Both the position numbers and the translations under genes were made by a program. Of a stretch of DNA of 64,000 bases, positions 23,179-35,989 are shown piece after piece. The notes under the pieces were generated by a model. That model did not search any database and was not told where the DNA came from. It saw nothing but the letters and a program-made list of their open reading frames with translations. Position 1 is the first letter of the stretch; every line of letters starts with the position of its first letter. The DNA lies in the NCBI GenBank assembly GCA_950097015.1, contig CATNEN010000002.1:1922001-1986000 (forward strand), given 5' to 3'. Source of the DNA: Macrostomum hystrix (lineage: Eukaryota > Animalia > Platyhelminthes).

Positions 23179-25142
23179 ATGTCTATGGCTTTAACTGCCG
23201 ACCGTCGGCCATTGTGCCTGTCGGTAAAGTGGCAAATAATCTTCTTCAACTCGCTGTTCTTGTTGGTCGCTTTAGCTAGTGCCGATCCGAAACGCGAAGT
23301 GATCACGGCCCAGTTCAATACCACCTACAAGAATAACGTCTCCAGCACTTCAGAGTTTGTCTTCATCTACACCTACAGCGAGGTTGTTGGCCTGACCCAG
23401 GCAGTCCGGCTTTCCATTGTTAGCGAGAACGCCAGTCCGGACTATCCGGTGCTTGTGGTTGCTAGGCAACAACGCGAAATTGTTTCTTGGCGATTGCCTC
23501 TGTTTTATGCCAGCGAGGACAAAGAGTATCCTTACTATATTGCGTCGCGGACCCTCTGCCCCACGCTGCCCCTTGGTGGCAGGGTGCAAGGCCAGAATCA
23601 CTCAATCTTTGTTGAGGTCACCACCCAGAACACCAACTTGACTTCTTTCGCATTGAATGCGACAATAGTGCCAAACTTTCAGCTCTACCTTGGCTCGAAT
23701 GGCGGCGTTAGTGACGTCCAGGTCTCGCCCTCCCAGCCGAAGTATTACAAATTCGAATTCCCAGCTAATATCTCATCTGTGCAGGTGCGCATGGTGTCTG
23801 ATGACATGCTGTGCATGCGAGTCTCCGTACAGGCTGTCAACTGTCCGGTTTATGATCTGGCGAGGAATGTGGAATTCACTGGCATTAGGCAGACGGCGTC
23901 CAAGAAGGCCAGCCTGAGTGTCACCACCAGCGACCCGGCTTTGGGTGCCGCTAGAGCCTTCTACATCGTCCTAGTTGTCTATCCGACTGACGAAAATTGC
24001 CGGCCAAACATCCCATCCCAGCTAGTGCCGTCCAATCCCGGTAAGCACGGCCAGGAGCTGTATCGCCGAACTAAACACTTGAACATCACAGTTGTGCCCT
24101 CCTTGGGCATCAACGAATACTTCCTGCCAGTGTTTGGCACCATCTTCTTCTTTTTATTGTTCTACGTGGCCGCTTTCATTATCGCACTGCTGCACCATAC
24201 TTATGAGACGCGGCGTCTGATATCTCGTGGCGGCGCCAATGTTGGTGCCCCAGCTGATTTCACCGGCGCTCCGGTCGATGACAATCCAGAATCGCCGCTT
24301 CGATGTCGGGGCGGCGAAGCCGACGATACGTTTGACGCCGATTCGCAGCCGCGTAATTATTTAGCAGTCGGCGAGACTCAATCTTTGAGAACGGCAACTA
24401 TGTCGACGACAACTACGTCAGTTTCAACGCCGCGGAATGCTCTGCAGTGTTCGATGAGCTTGGTGGAACCGGCTGAAAATTCGAACTCGGCTATACCGAC
24501 GAATGCCGCGTTAGCGTCGACATCAGCCGCTTCGGCTACTGTTGGCATCGGCACTGGCACAGGTGACGATGGCGGCTTCGTCGACTTGTCGGTCGAGGCC
24601 AACCAGGAGAAGGAGATCTTTCGCCTGCGGAAGGACATGACCGTCAGGGACTTGTCGCGGAAGCCTCCTAATAGACTGCGCAAGAAGTACAAATTGTACT
24701 ATTGGTACCTCATCATCATATCCATATTCTACTGCCTGCCGGTCATTCAACTGGTTCTCACCTATCAGAAGGTGTTAAACATCAGTGGCGATGAGGATAT
24801 GTGCTATTACAACTTCGATTGCGCCCACACTCTGGGAGTAATCTCCTCATTCAACAATGTCTTCTCCAACATCAGCTACGTGCTGCTTGGCTTACTGTTC
24901 TTGTTGCTATGCTGGCGGCGCGATCTGTTGCACCAGAATCTGGTGCGCCGGGATCCCAGGGCTGGCCAGTACGGCATTCCCCATCACTACGGACTGTACT
25001 ACGCCATCGGCATTGCCCTGATCATGGAGGGCGTTCTATCTGGCTGCTATCACATCTGTCCCAGCTATAATAACTTTCAATTTGATACGGCCTTCATGTA
25101 CATGCTGTCCGGCTTGTGCATGCTCAAGATCTACCAGACCAG
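23179..25142 (+). CDS. SIDT1: SID-1 transmembrane family member (SIDT1/2-like), exon 1
   Basis: Signal peptide, PKYYKFEF, CPVYDL, CYYNFDCAH, FNNVFSNISY, GVLSGCYHICP and FQFDTAFMY are SIDT motifs; phase-2 donor AG|GTGAGT. Confidence 0.93.
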
Positions 25143-25185
25143 GTGAGTTTTCGAGTGACCGCTGAATGAAATCGCTAGAAATATT

Positions 25186-25404
25186 GGGTGAGATTTTGTA
25201 GAAATCTCTGGGTGAGATTTTGTAGAAATCTCTGGGTGAGATTTTGTAGAAATCTCTGGGTGAGATTTTGTAGAAATCTCTGGGTGAGATTTTGTAGAAA
25301 TCTCTGGGTGAGATTTTGTAGAAATCTCTGGGTGAGATTTTGTAGAAATCTCTGGGTGAGATTTTGTGGAAATCTCTGGGTGAGATTTTTTAGAAATCTC
25401 TGGG
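25186..25404. repeat. 24-bp minisatellite (TGGGTGAGATTTTGTAGAAATCTC) in the SIDT intron
   Basis: About 9 near-perfect units. Confidence 0.97.
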
Positions 25405-25503
25405 TCTCTGGGATATCATATATCATTAAGGAAACTATATCTCATGGTGAGATTACTAGATGCTGAAAACTACATTCCCTAATCCCCTGCGCTTATCCAC
25501 CAG

Positions 25504-26206
25504 ACACCCTGACGTGAACGCCTCGGCCCACATGTCCTACATGGCTCTAGCCATCATCATATTCACTGGCCTATTGGGTGTATTCTACAGCAAGGAGAGC
25601 ACCACATTCTACACCTTGTTCTGCATCCTAGTCATCGTCACCAGCATCTTGCTAACCCTGGAAGTCTATTACGTTGGCCGTTGGAAGATGAATGCTGGCC
25701 GTCTGAAACGCCTCTACCTGCTGATTCGCACCGACGGCCTGTCCTGCTTTCGACCTCAGCGTCGAGATCGCCTAGTCCTGCTAGTGGTTGCCAACTCCGT
25801 CAACTGGTCCATCGGGTTGTACGGCGCTTTCAAACGACCCGAGGATTTCAGCACCTTCATGCTGAGCATACTCATGGTCAATATGATGATGTACTTTGTG
25901 TTCTACATCATCATGAAGCTGAGAAACGGAGAACGCCTGGCATTCACTCCCGTGGCCTTCACCCTGCTGGACATTGCTGCCTGGGCAGGCGCCGGCTACT
26001 TCTTCTTGAAGAGTCCAACAAACTGGGAGGATAGCGCCAGCGGTTCGCGAATCAGAAATCAGCAGTGCATTCTGGTCGACTTCTATGATGTACACGATGT
26101 CTGGCACTTCCTATCAGCCGTAGCCATGTTCTTTGGCTTCATGATTATCCTCACAATGGATGACGACCTAGCTTATGTCAGGCGCGATAGGATTCGCGTG
26201 TTCTGA
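25504..26206 (+). CDS. SIDT1: SID-1 family exon 2 (last); total 888 aa
   Basis: The junction rebuilds KIYQTRHPDVNASAH; the exon carries HDVWHFLSA and the terminal DDDLAYVRRDRIRVF. Confidence 0.93.
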
Positions 26207-26227
26207 CACAACCTGACAGCAATATGC

Positions 26228-26975
26228 TGGTCTGTTTTCTAGTTACTGTCATTCTGTGTCTGTTTTATGAATACTATCATTCTGTTTGTTTTTCTGTTTT
26301 ATGATTAGTGTCATTCTGTCTGTCTGTCTTCTTTCCAGTTGCTGTCATTCTGTCTGTCTGTTTGTCTGTTTTCCAGTTGCTGTCATTCTGTCTGTCTGTC
26401 TTCTTTCCATTTGCTGTCATTCTGTCTGTCTGTTTGTCTGTTTTCCAGTTGCTGTCATTCTGTCTGCCTGTTTGTCTGTTTGCTGTCATTCTGTGTCTGT
26501 TTTATGAATACTATCATTCTGTTTGTTTTTCTGTTTTATGATTAGTGTCATTCTGTCTGTCCGTCTTCTTTCCAGTTGCTGTCATTCTGTCTGTCTGTTT
26601 TCCAGTTGCTGTCATTCTGTCTGCCTGTTTATCTGTTTTCCAGTTGCTGTCATTATGGCTGCCTGTTTGTCTGTTTTCCAGTTGCTGTCATTCTCTCTGT
26701 TTTCAGTTGCTGTAATTCTGTCGGTTTGTCTGTTTTCCATTTGCTGTTATTCTGTCTGTTTGTCTGCTTTCCAGTTGCTGTCATTTTGTCTGTTTGCCTG
26801 TTTTCCAGTTGCTGTCATTCTGTCTGTTTCATATTTTGTTTCTCTTGGCACCTGTTTTCTGTTTTTTTTTCTTTTCTGTCATTCTGTTCGTTTTTCTGTG
26901 TGACTTATTTTGTCTTTCCGTCTGATTGTTTTTCTGGGTGTTTCTGGATCCGTCAGTTTTCTGTCTGTTGTTAAA
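26228..26975. repeat. TG-rich minisatellite (CCAGTTGCTGTCATTCTGTCTGTCTGTTT-like) directly after the SIDT stop
   Basis: Tandem degenerate units. Confidence 0.92.
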
Positions 26976-28249
26976 CAAAAAACTCGCTGTAATTGAGTCT
27001 GTGATTCAGAAATTATTTTCATTAATTTAATTACTCAAGTCAGGTGTTGACAGTTCGATTGAAGGTAAATCTAAATATAGTATTTTTTTTAATAAACTGT
27101 CAACCTGCGGGTCCGCACATCCGGGTTTTATATCTGATCTGATCACGTGACTTCTCATCTGATTGTCTATTCTCATTAATTCTAGAATCAATCTTCCCTG
27201 CACAGCCTCTGTCACGATTTGTTACAATATAAATTTAGTCAGTAGGCTTGGTCAGTGTCCGCTAGCTTCCATAAACTAGTGGCTGCAAAGTATTTTATGT
27301 TCTTTAACTCGTGTCGTCTTGTTTTTTGCACTAATTTAATTGCAAATAATTGCACTAATTTAAGGCGGCACTAATGTACTTTTATGCCGCTGCGTCAAGC
27401 TTTTTGAAGCTTTTAATTTTTATACTATTTCTCTAAATAAAAACTGCAATAAAAAGTTTTCTGCGTCCATTATCAAATAATACTACTCTTGTAGTGTCTG
27501 GGCAGTAGTCTAGTTTGCGCGTTTTTCTATTAGTCTGCCTGAGATATATTTTTCCTGCTTTGAAATATTCAGAATTTGCTGTCTTTCTTGTCAAAAAAGC
27601 CTCTCTGATTTTTTATTCATATTTCATCACACGTTTAGACGTTTGTTACTTCTAAAATGAAGTCCAATTAGGATCTGAAGGGAAATTAGAAAAATAATCT
27701 AAAATATCAGTAATTATTTATTTTGTGTCGGTACGTCCAATTTGTTTCTTTAAATCGGACGCACTCAAGTGGACCTGTTGTAAATTTCTGAGTTGATCGC
27801 TAAATAAAAAATATTTGTTTTAGTTTGTTCAGGACTTCAAATTTAGGTAATGCGCTATTGTACGAGTAATTGATTGACATCTTGTTCTGTTCTGCAATCG
27901 CCATGGAGACAAAATCATAAATTTTTCATCATTATTTTATTATCACATTTTCTGCCCACTAGCAGCCGCAACGAAAGCAAGTATTTTTGTTTCTTTTAAT
28001 TTTGTTGTGAATTGTTGTTAGTGTGTGCAAGCATCTGTTATCAATATTTTGTATCTTTTCAATGTGCACCTGTTGATCAATCATGTTATTCTTGTTGTAG
28101 TTCAATATATACACGCAAGTATACATACTAAAGCTGTAAAACAACTAGATATCATGCCTTATGAACTCATATTAGTTCTGTGAAGATTGTTTTTTGTTGT
28201 AAATACTGAACAGGAATACTGTACGGCATTTGTATCTACCGCTACCACT

Positions 28250-29752
28250 GTAGATAATCCTTTGGGGTATTCCTAGATAATCCTTTGGGGTATTCATAGA
28301 TAATCCTTTGTGTATTCATAGATAATCCTTTGGAGTATTCGTAGATAATCCTTTGGGGTATTCCTAGATAATCCTTTGGGGTATTCCTAGATAATCCTTT
28401 GTGGTATTCATAGATAATCCTTTGTGTATTCATAGATAATCCTTTGGAGTATTCGTAGATAATCCTTTGTGTATTCTTAGATAATCCTTTATGTATTCTT
28501 AGATAATCCTTTGTGTATTCATAGATAATCCTTTGGAGTATTCGTAGATAATCCTTTGTGTATTCTTAGATAATCCTTTATGTATTCTCAGATAATCCTT
28601 TGTGGTATTCGTAGATAATCCTTTATGTATTCTTAGATAATCCTTTGTGGTATTCTTAGATAATCCTTTGTGGTATTCGTAGATAATCCTTTATGTATTC
28701 TTAGATAATCCTTTGTGGTATTCGTAGATAATCCTTTGGGGTATTCCTAGATAATCCTTTATGTATTCTTAGATAATCCTTTATGTATTCTTAGATAATC
28801 CTTTGTGGTATTCGTAGATAATCCTTTATGTATTTTTAGATAATCCTTTGTGGTATTCGTAGATAATCCTTTGGGGTATTCCTAGATAATCCTTTGGGGT
28901 ATTCCTAGATAATCCTTTGTGTATTCCTAGATAATCCTTTGTGTATTCGTAGATAATCCTTTGTGTATTCATAGATAATTCTTTGTGTATTCATAGATAA
29001 TCCTTTGGAGTATTCGTAGATAATCCTTTATGTATTCTTAGATAATCCTTTGTGGTATTCGTAGATAATCCTTTGGGGTATTCCTAGATAATCCTTTATG
29101 TATTCTTAGATAATCCTTTATGTATTCTTAGATAATCCTTTGTGGTATTCGTAGATAATCCTTTATGTATTCTTAGATAATCCTTTATGTATTCGTAGAT
29201 AATCCTTTGTGGTATTCGTAGATAATCCTTTATGTATTCTTAGATAATCCTTTATGTATTCTTAGATAATCCTTTGTGGTATTCGTAGATAATCCTTTAT
29301 GTATTCTTAGATAATCCTTTGTGGTATTCGTAGATAATCCTTTATGTATTCTTAGATAATCCTTTATGTATTCTTAGATAATCCTTTGGGGTATTCCTAG
29401 ATAATCCTTTGGGGTATTCCTAGATAATCCTTTGTGTATTCCTAGATAATCCTTTGTGTATTCATAGATAATCCTTTGGGGTATTCGTAGATAATCCTTT
29501 AGGGTATTCGTCGATAATCCTTTGGGGTATTCGTAGATAATCCTTTGGGGTATTCGTCGATAATCGTTTGGGGTATTCGTAGATAATCCTTTGGGGTATT
29601 CATAGATAATCCTTTGGGGTATTCGTAGATAATCCTTTGGGGTATTCGTCGATAATCCTTTGGGGTATTCGTAGATAATCCTTTGGGGTATTCGTCGATA
29701 ATCCTTTGGGGTATTCGTAGATAATCCTTTGGGGTATTCATAGATAATCCTT
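28250..29752. repeat. 21-22 bp minisatellite (TAGATAATCCTTTGGGGTATTCG), ~70 units
   Basis: Read directly; ends ~190 bp before the TXNDC9 ATG. Confidence 0.97.
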
Positions 29753-29941
29753 CTGGGAAGTTTGTCGATAATCCTATAATGAATTAGTAGATCATATTAA
29801 TTGGACATTTGTGAATAATCGAATTCTAGGATAAATTTTGCTATTTTTTAAGCATTTTCACATGTAAACTTTCAGCTGTAATTGATAAGCTTAGAAGCTG
29901 TCAATCAATCAGTCGATTAACTAACCTATCCAAGGCTAAGC

Positions 29942-30622
29942 ATGGATGCGGGCAAGGTGCTCGAGTCGCAGCTGATGAAGGCTGCCCAGGTGATTGAGGA
30001 GCGGCTGGATTCTCAGATTGAGCGCCTGGACAACCTCAAGGAAGACGATATCGAGCAGCTGAGAGAGCGGCGGCTGCGCCAGATGAAGGAGCAGGCCAAG
30101 CAGAGAGACGAATGGATGGCCCTCGGTCACGGCCGCTACTTTGAAATCTCAAACGAGAAAGAATTCTTTGAAGAGGGCAAGCGCAGTAAGAATCTGGTTT
30201 GCCATTTCTATCGGGACAGCACGTTTCGCTGCAAGATCTTTGACAAGCACCTGGCTATTCTAGCCCAGCGACACGTTGAATGCAAGTTTATCAAACTGTC
30301 CGTGGACAAGGCGCCGTTTCTCACCCAACGATTGAAGATTCGCGTTATTCCAACTCTGTGCATTGTGCGCGAGGAGAAGACCAAGGATTATGTGGTGGGA
30401 TTTGAGGATCTGGGCGGTCGGGACGATTTCAGTATGGAGATGCTGGAATGGCGCCTCGGCAGATCTGAGGTGATTGACTACAAAGGTGACCTGATGAATC
30501 CACCGGACCAGACCAGGAGCGCCGGCGCCTCCGCGTCCATCTTGGGCGCCGGAGGTCAAAAGAAGAAGACGGTGCGCGGCGGCGGCGGAGATGGCGACTC
30601 CTCCGATGAGGACGATTGGTAA
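29942..30622 (+). CDS. TXNDC9: Thioredoxin domain-containing protein 9 (phosducin-like 3), single exon, 226 aa
   Basis: LESQLMKAAQVIEERLD...LVCHFYRDSTFRCKIFDKHL...KAPFLTQRLKIRVIPTL...LEWRLG...DSSDEDDW. Confidence 0.95.
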   Translation: MDAGKVLESQLMKAAQVIEERLDSQIERLDNLKEDDIEQLRERRLRQMKEQAKQRDEWMALGHGRYFEISNEKEFFEEGKRSKNLVCHFYRDSTFRCKIFDKHLAILAQRHVECKFIKLSVDKAPFLTQRLKIRVIPTLCIVREEKTKDYVVGFEDLGGRDDFSMEMLEWRLGRSEVIDYKGDLMNPPDQTRSAGASASILGAGGQKKKTVRGGGGDGDSSDEDDW

Positions 30623-30745
30623 AAATCGATGATTGATTGATTTCAAGTTAACACTCATTGATTTTCTACTGTTTTTGTGCTCGCCTTTTTATTTCGTAAG
30701 TTTGGAAGTCTACTTTTTTAATTCAGGTTAAACGATTAGTCTAGA

Positions 30746-33200
30746 TAGATTATCGATCGGTTTACTGTCAGATTATCGATCGGTTTACTATCAGATTATC
30801 GATCGGTTTACTGACAGATTATCGATCGGTTTCATGACATATTATTGAACGGCTTACTGTCAGATTATAAATCGCTTTACTACAGATTATCGATCGGTTT
30901 ACTGACAGATTATCGATCTGTTTACTGACAGATTATCGATCTGTTTACTGACAGATTATCGATCGGTTTACTGACAGATTATCGATCTGTTTACTGACAG
31001 ATTATCGATCTGTTTACTGACAGATTATCGATCTGTTTACTGACTGACTGTCGGTCTGTTTACTGACAGATTATCAATCGGTTTACTGACAGATAATCGA
31101 TCGGTTTACTGACAGATTATTGATCGGTTTACTGACAGATTATCGATCTGTTTACTGACAGATTATCGATCTGTTTACTGACAGATTATCGATCTGTTTA
31201 CTGACTGACTGTCGGTCTGTTTACTGACAGATTATCGATCTGTTTACTGACAGATTATCGATCTGTTTACTGACAGATTATCGATCGGTTTACTGACAGA
31301 TTATCGATCTGTTTACTGACAGATTATCGATCTGTTTACTGACAGATTATCGATCTGTTTACTGACAGATTATCGATCTGTTTACTGACAGATTATCGAT
31401 CTGTTTACTGACTGACTGTCGGTCTGTTTACTGACAGATTATCAATCGGTTTACTGACAGATAATCGATCGGTTTACTGACAGATTATTGATCGGTTTAC
31501 TGACAGATTATCGATCTGTTTACTGACAGATTATCGATCTGTTTACTGACAGATTATCGATCTGTTTACTGACTGACTGTCGGTCTGTTTACTGACAGAT
31601 TATCGATCTGTTTACTGACAGATTATCGATCTGTTTACTGACAGATTATCGATCGGTTTACTGACAGATTATCGATCTGTTTACTGACAGATTATCGATC
31701 TGTTTACTGACAGATTATCAATCGGTTTACTGACAGATAATCGATCGGTTTACTGACAGATTATCGATCGGTTTACTGACAGATTATCGATCTGTTTACT
31801 GACAGATTATCGATCTGTTTACTGACAGATTATCGATCGGTTTACTGACAGATTATCGATCTGTTTACTGACAGATTATCGATCTGTTTACTGACAGATT
31901 ATCAATCGGTTTACTGACAGATAATCGATCGGTTTACTGACAGATTATTGATCGGTTTACTGACAGATTATCGATCTGTTTACTGACAGATTATCGATCT
32001 GTTTACTGACAGATTATCAATCGGTTTACTGACAGATAATCGATCGGTTTACTGACAGATTATTGATCGGTTTACTGACAGATTATCGATCTGTTTACTG
32101 ACAGATTATCGATCTGTTTACTGACAGATTATCGATCTGTTTACTGACTGACTGTCGGTCTGTTTACTGACAGATTATCGATCTGTTTACTGACAGATTA
32201 TCGATCTGTTTACTGACAGATTATCGATCGGTTTACTGACAGATTATCGATCTGTTTACTGACAGATTATCGATCTGTTTACTGACAGATTATCAATCGG
32301 TTTACTGACAGATAATCGATCGGTTTACTGACAGATTATCGATCGGTTTACTGACAGATTATCGATCTGTTTACTGACAGATTATCGATCTGTTTACTGA
32401 CAGATTATCGATCTGTTTACTGACTGACTGTCGGTCTGTTTACTGACAGATTATCGATCTGTTTACTGACAGATTATCGATCTGTTTACTGACTGACTGT
32501 CGGTCTGTTTACTGACAGATTATCGATCTGTTTACTGACAGATTATCGATCTGTTTACTGACAGATTATCGATCGGTTTACTGACAGATTATCGATCTGT
32601 TTACTGAGAGATTATCGATCTGTTTACTGACAGATTATCAATCGGTTTACTGACAGATAATCGATCGGTTTACTGACAGATTATCGATCGGTTTACTGAC
32701 AGATTATCGATCTGTTTACTGACAGATTATCGATCTGTTTACTGACAGATTATCGATCGGTTTACTGACAGATTATCGATCTGTTTACTGACTGACTGTC
32801 GGTCTGTTTACTGACAGATTATCGATCTGTTTACTGACAGATTATCGATCTGTTTACTGACTGACTGTCGGTCTGTTTACTGACAGATTATCGATCTGTT
32901 TACTGACAGATTATCGATCTGTTTACTGACAGATTATCGATCGGTTTACTGACAGATTATCGATCTGTTTACTGACAGATTATCGATCTGTTTACTGACA
33001 GATTATCAATCGGTTTACTGACAGATAATCGATCGGTTTACTGACAGATTATCGATCGGTTTACTGACAGATTATCGATCTGTTTACTGACAGATTATCG
33101 ATCTGTTTACTGACAGATTATCGATCTGTTTACTGACTGACTGTCGGTCTGTTTACTGACAGATTATCGATCTGTTTACTGACAGATTATCGATCAATTT
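30746..33200. repeat. 22-bp minisatellite (CAGATTATCGATC(T/G)GTTTACTGA), ~110 units
   Basis: Read directly; a periodic variant ACTGACTGACTGTCGGTC is present. Confidence 0.97.
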
Positions 33201-34223
33201 ACTGACTGTTTATCGATCGGTTTGTTCGTCGATTATCGATTAGTTTTTTATTGCTTTATTAATTGATTGTGATCGGTTATTTAGTGTATTTGTTTGTTGG
33301 TTTTGTTTTTTAATTCTTTGTGATTGATTCATGCAATTGAATTATTGATTTTCCTATTCGCTCGCCAATTCCCGTCCATGAATTTTGGCATGCAGGCTTC
33401 TCTTTTAGGGAAAAATCCAATGAACAGCTTTTTAGGGATATCAAAATAAAAAAGATAGCATGAAGTCCGTGCTTTAATATTTCTTGCTTTTTTCTTTGTT
33501 TTTCTTAATCGATCAACGGCAATTCACTAATTTACTCTACCTTTTTTTCTTTTGCTTTCATTTTGTTAGTAGTATGTGTCGTGTGTTTCTTTTTAAAAAT
33601 AATTCCATTTTTTTCTGCTGCTTTCCTATGTGTGCGACTATTAGCCAGCTTGTTTTATTTGTCTTTGTTTTAAAATTCAGCAAAAAGTACTATTATGCTT
33701 ACTAACAGTAGAGTAGTTAAATTTTCTAACCCAAATTAATTTTAGTAATTTTCAGAAAAATTGGCTGGCTATATTTTCTGTCAAGTTTTTTCTAACAGCA
33801 CCCAATTACTTCTCCGTGTGATGCTGCTGCTGCCACATTTGCTGCCTTAAGTAAATGATTTCTTTAATACACATGTCTGTACTGTAGCCATTTCACTTGC
33901 TTGCTTGGGCAGTTGGCCTTTGTTTGAGTTATCATGCACTTTTGACACAAATGTAATTATATTTTCTTGTTTTTTATTAGCTACTCTCTTTTTTTAAGCT
34001 CTGCTGTTTTCACTTCTTTATTGTGTTAAAACAATAGGGAAAATACTTTTAGTAAGTAAAACTTTCCTAGCTTATCTGTTTCCAATAATCCTAAACATCT
34101 TTATGGTCTATAAAACTCCTTGATGAAACAGAGATATTTATGCAATTTTTAGAGTGCTGCCAGTCAGCGCAGTTTATTAAGGATTCGGTTTAAAAATTAA
34201 CAAAAATTGCAACAAAACATGTA

Positions 34224-34810
34224 GCTAGAATCGCAGCAAGATCAGTTAACTAGAATCGCAGCAAGATCAGTTAACTAGAATCGCAGCACGATCAGTTAAC
34301 TAGAATCGCAGCAAGATCAGTTAACTAGAATCGCAGCAAGATCAGTTAACTAGAATCGCAGCAAGATTCATAGCTAGAATCGCAGCAAAATCAGTTTACT
34401 AGAACCCAGCAAGGTCAGGTAACTAGAATCGCAGCAAGGTCATTAATTAGAATCGTAGTTAGAGCCGTGATTAGAATCGCAGCAAAATCCAAAGCTGTAA
34501 TCGCAGCAAGATAATTCATTAGAATCGTAGCAAGATCAGTTAACTAGAATCGCAGCAAGATCGGTTAACTAGAATCGCAGCAGGAGCAGTTAGCTAGAAT
34601 CGTAGCAAGATCTGTTAACTAGAATCGCAGCAAGATCAGTTAACTAGAATCGCAGCAAGATAAGTTAACAATAGAATCGCAGCATGATCCGCGATTAGAA
34701 TCGCACAAAGGTCTGTAGCTAGAATCGCAGCAAGATAAGTTAACAATAGAATCGCAGCAAGATCCGCGATTAGAATCGCACAAAGGTCTGTAGCTAGAAT
34801 CGCAGCAGGA
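34224..34810. repeat. 25-bp minisatellite (TAGAATCGCAGCAAGATCAGTTAAC)
   Basis: Read directly; ends ~135 bp before the CLPTM1L ATG. Confidence 0.93.
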
Positions 34811-34946
34811 AGCGACAGAGTTTTACTATTAAGACCTGAGTTAATAAATCCGAATTTAATAAATTTTCAGTCGAGTCTTTCTTCTAGTCGTTGCTTAGGT
34901 AAATAATTACACCAGGATCAATTAACTGGTGATTTGCGAGTCAGTC

Positions 34947-35108
34947 ATGCCATCCCTCGGCAGTTTGTTAATCAGCTTGGCATTTATCTACGTTGCCTAC
35001 GTTGGCTACCAGTTTCTCAGCATCTTCTATCCGAGGGAGTGCCAACCAGCAGCTTCTGGTGCCATGTGCATCAGGCCCGCCTTTCCCATTGACAGTGCTC
35101 AGTTCACG
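34947..35108 (+). CDS. CLPTM1L: CLPTM1-like lipid scramblase, exon 1
   Basis: MPSLGSLLISLAFIYVAYVGYQFLSIFYPRECQ...CIRP (TM1 plus Cys pair); donor ACG|GTGAGC. Confidence 0.85.
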
Positions 35109-35139
35109 GTGAGCAGTTTCTGGTATTGCATGAGCTTTT

Positions 35140-35450
35140 CTTTGTTGTCAGATGACATGTCTTTGTTGTTAAGATGACTAGTCTTTGTTGTCAGCTGAGC
35201 TGTCTTTGTACTTAGATGAGCATTCTTTGTAGTTACGTGAGCATTCTGTTGTCAGATGAGCAGTATTTGTTGCCAGATGAGCAGTCTTGGTTGTCAGATG
35301 AGCAGTCTTGTTTGTCAGATGAGCAGTCTTTATTGTCAGATAAGCAGTCTTGGTTGTCAGATGAGCAGTCTTGGTTGTCAGATAAACAGTTTTTTGTTAG
35401 ATGGCTAGTCTTTGTTGTCAGATAAGCGCTCTTTGTTCTCAGATGAGCAG
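35140..35450. repeat. 21-bp minisatellite (TTGTCAGATGAGCAGTCTTGG) in CLPTM1L intron 1
   Basis: Read directly. Confidence 0.9.
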
Positions 35451-35484
35451 TCCTCATTAAACTCCCAATTTCCCCATTGGCCAG

Positions 35485-35579
35485 CTCGAGCTGTACGGTC
35501 GAGCCTCATCTGTGCCTGATTCCAAAGCTGAGTACATATTCTCGGAGAAGAGCCTAAAGCTGGTCGATGCGTTTGAGCG
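35485..35579 (+). CDS. CLPTM1L: CLPTM1L exon 2
   Basis: LELYGRASSVPDSKAEYIFSEKSLKLVDAFER; phases fit the neighbouring exons. Confidence 0.75.
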
Positions 35580-35674
35580 GTCAGAAACTTGTCTTTGTTT
35601 TTCGATAATATGAATATTTAAGATCCAAAATGTTGAGAAATGTACATTATTTTCATATAAATTAACATTTGCAG

Positions 35675-35903
35675 CACTTTCACGGTAGCTCTGCCAGTTC
35701 AGGTGGTCAAAAACACATCCAATTACGAGCTGATAATCGTGCTATTCCCCCACGGCTCCAGCTATGGCGTTCACTCGCCTGACGCTGTCCGCAGCGTCAT
35801 CACCGTCACGGCTTATCGGACGCCTCGCGCTAAAGCTCGTAACCTTCTTGATGGCGGCGAGGATGGGAAGGCCGAAGAAATCAAGCCAAAAACTGACAGC
35901 AAG
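35675..35903 (+). CDS. CLPTM1L: CLPTM1L exon 3
   Basis: TFTVALPVQVVKNTSNYELIIVLFPHG...KARNLLDG...TDSK; TTGCAG acceptor, AAG|GTTTGT donor. Confidence 0.8.
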
Positions 35904-35989
35904 GTTTGTACCGGTTAGCCGGGTTGGGATAAAAATCACATTTTTTCCTGTTATCCTAATTGTAGAGATCATTTTTATCCCAAACTTCT

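Noticed and set aside
27959-28144. ORF ending CFRCGC, zinc-knuckle-like
   Set aside because: The CCHC is truncated, the DNA is AT-rich and there is no gag or pol context.
15234-33200. CRISPR-like appearance of the 21-28 bp arrays
   Set aside because: The units are contiguous with no unique spacers, there are no cas genes, and the context is eukaryotic.
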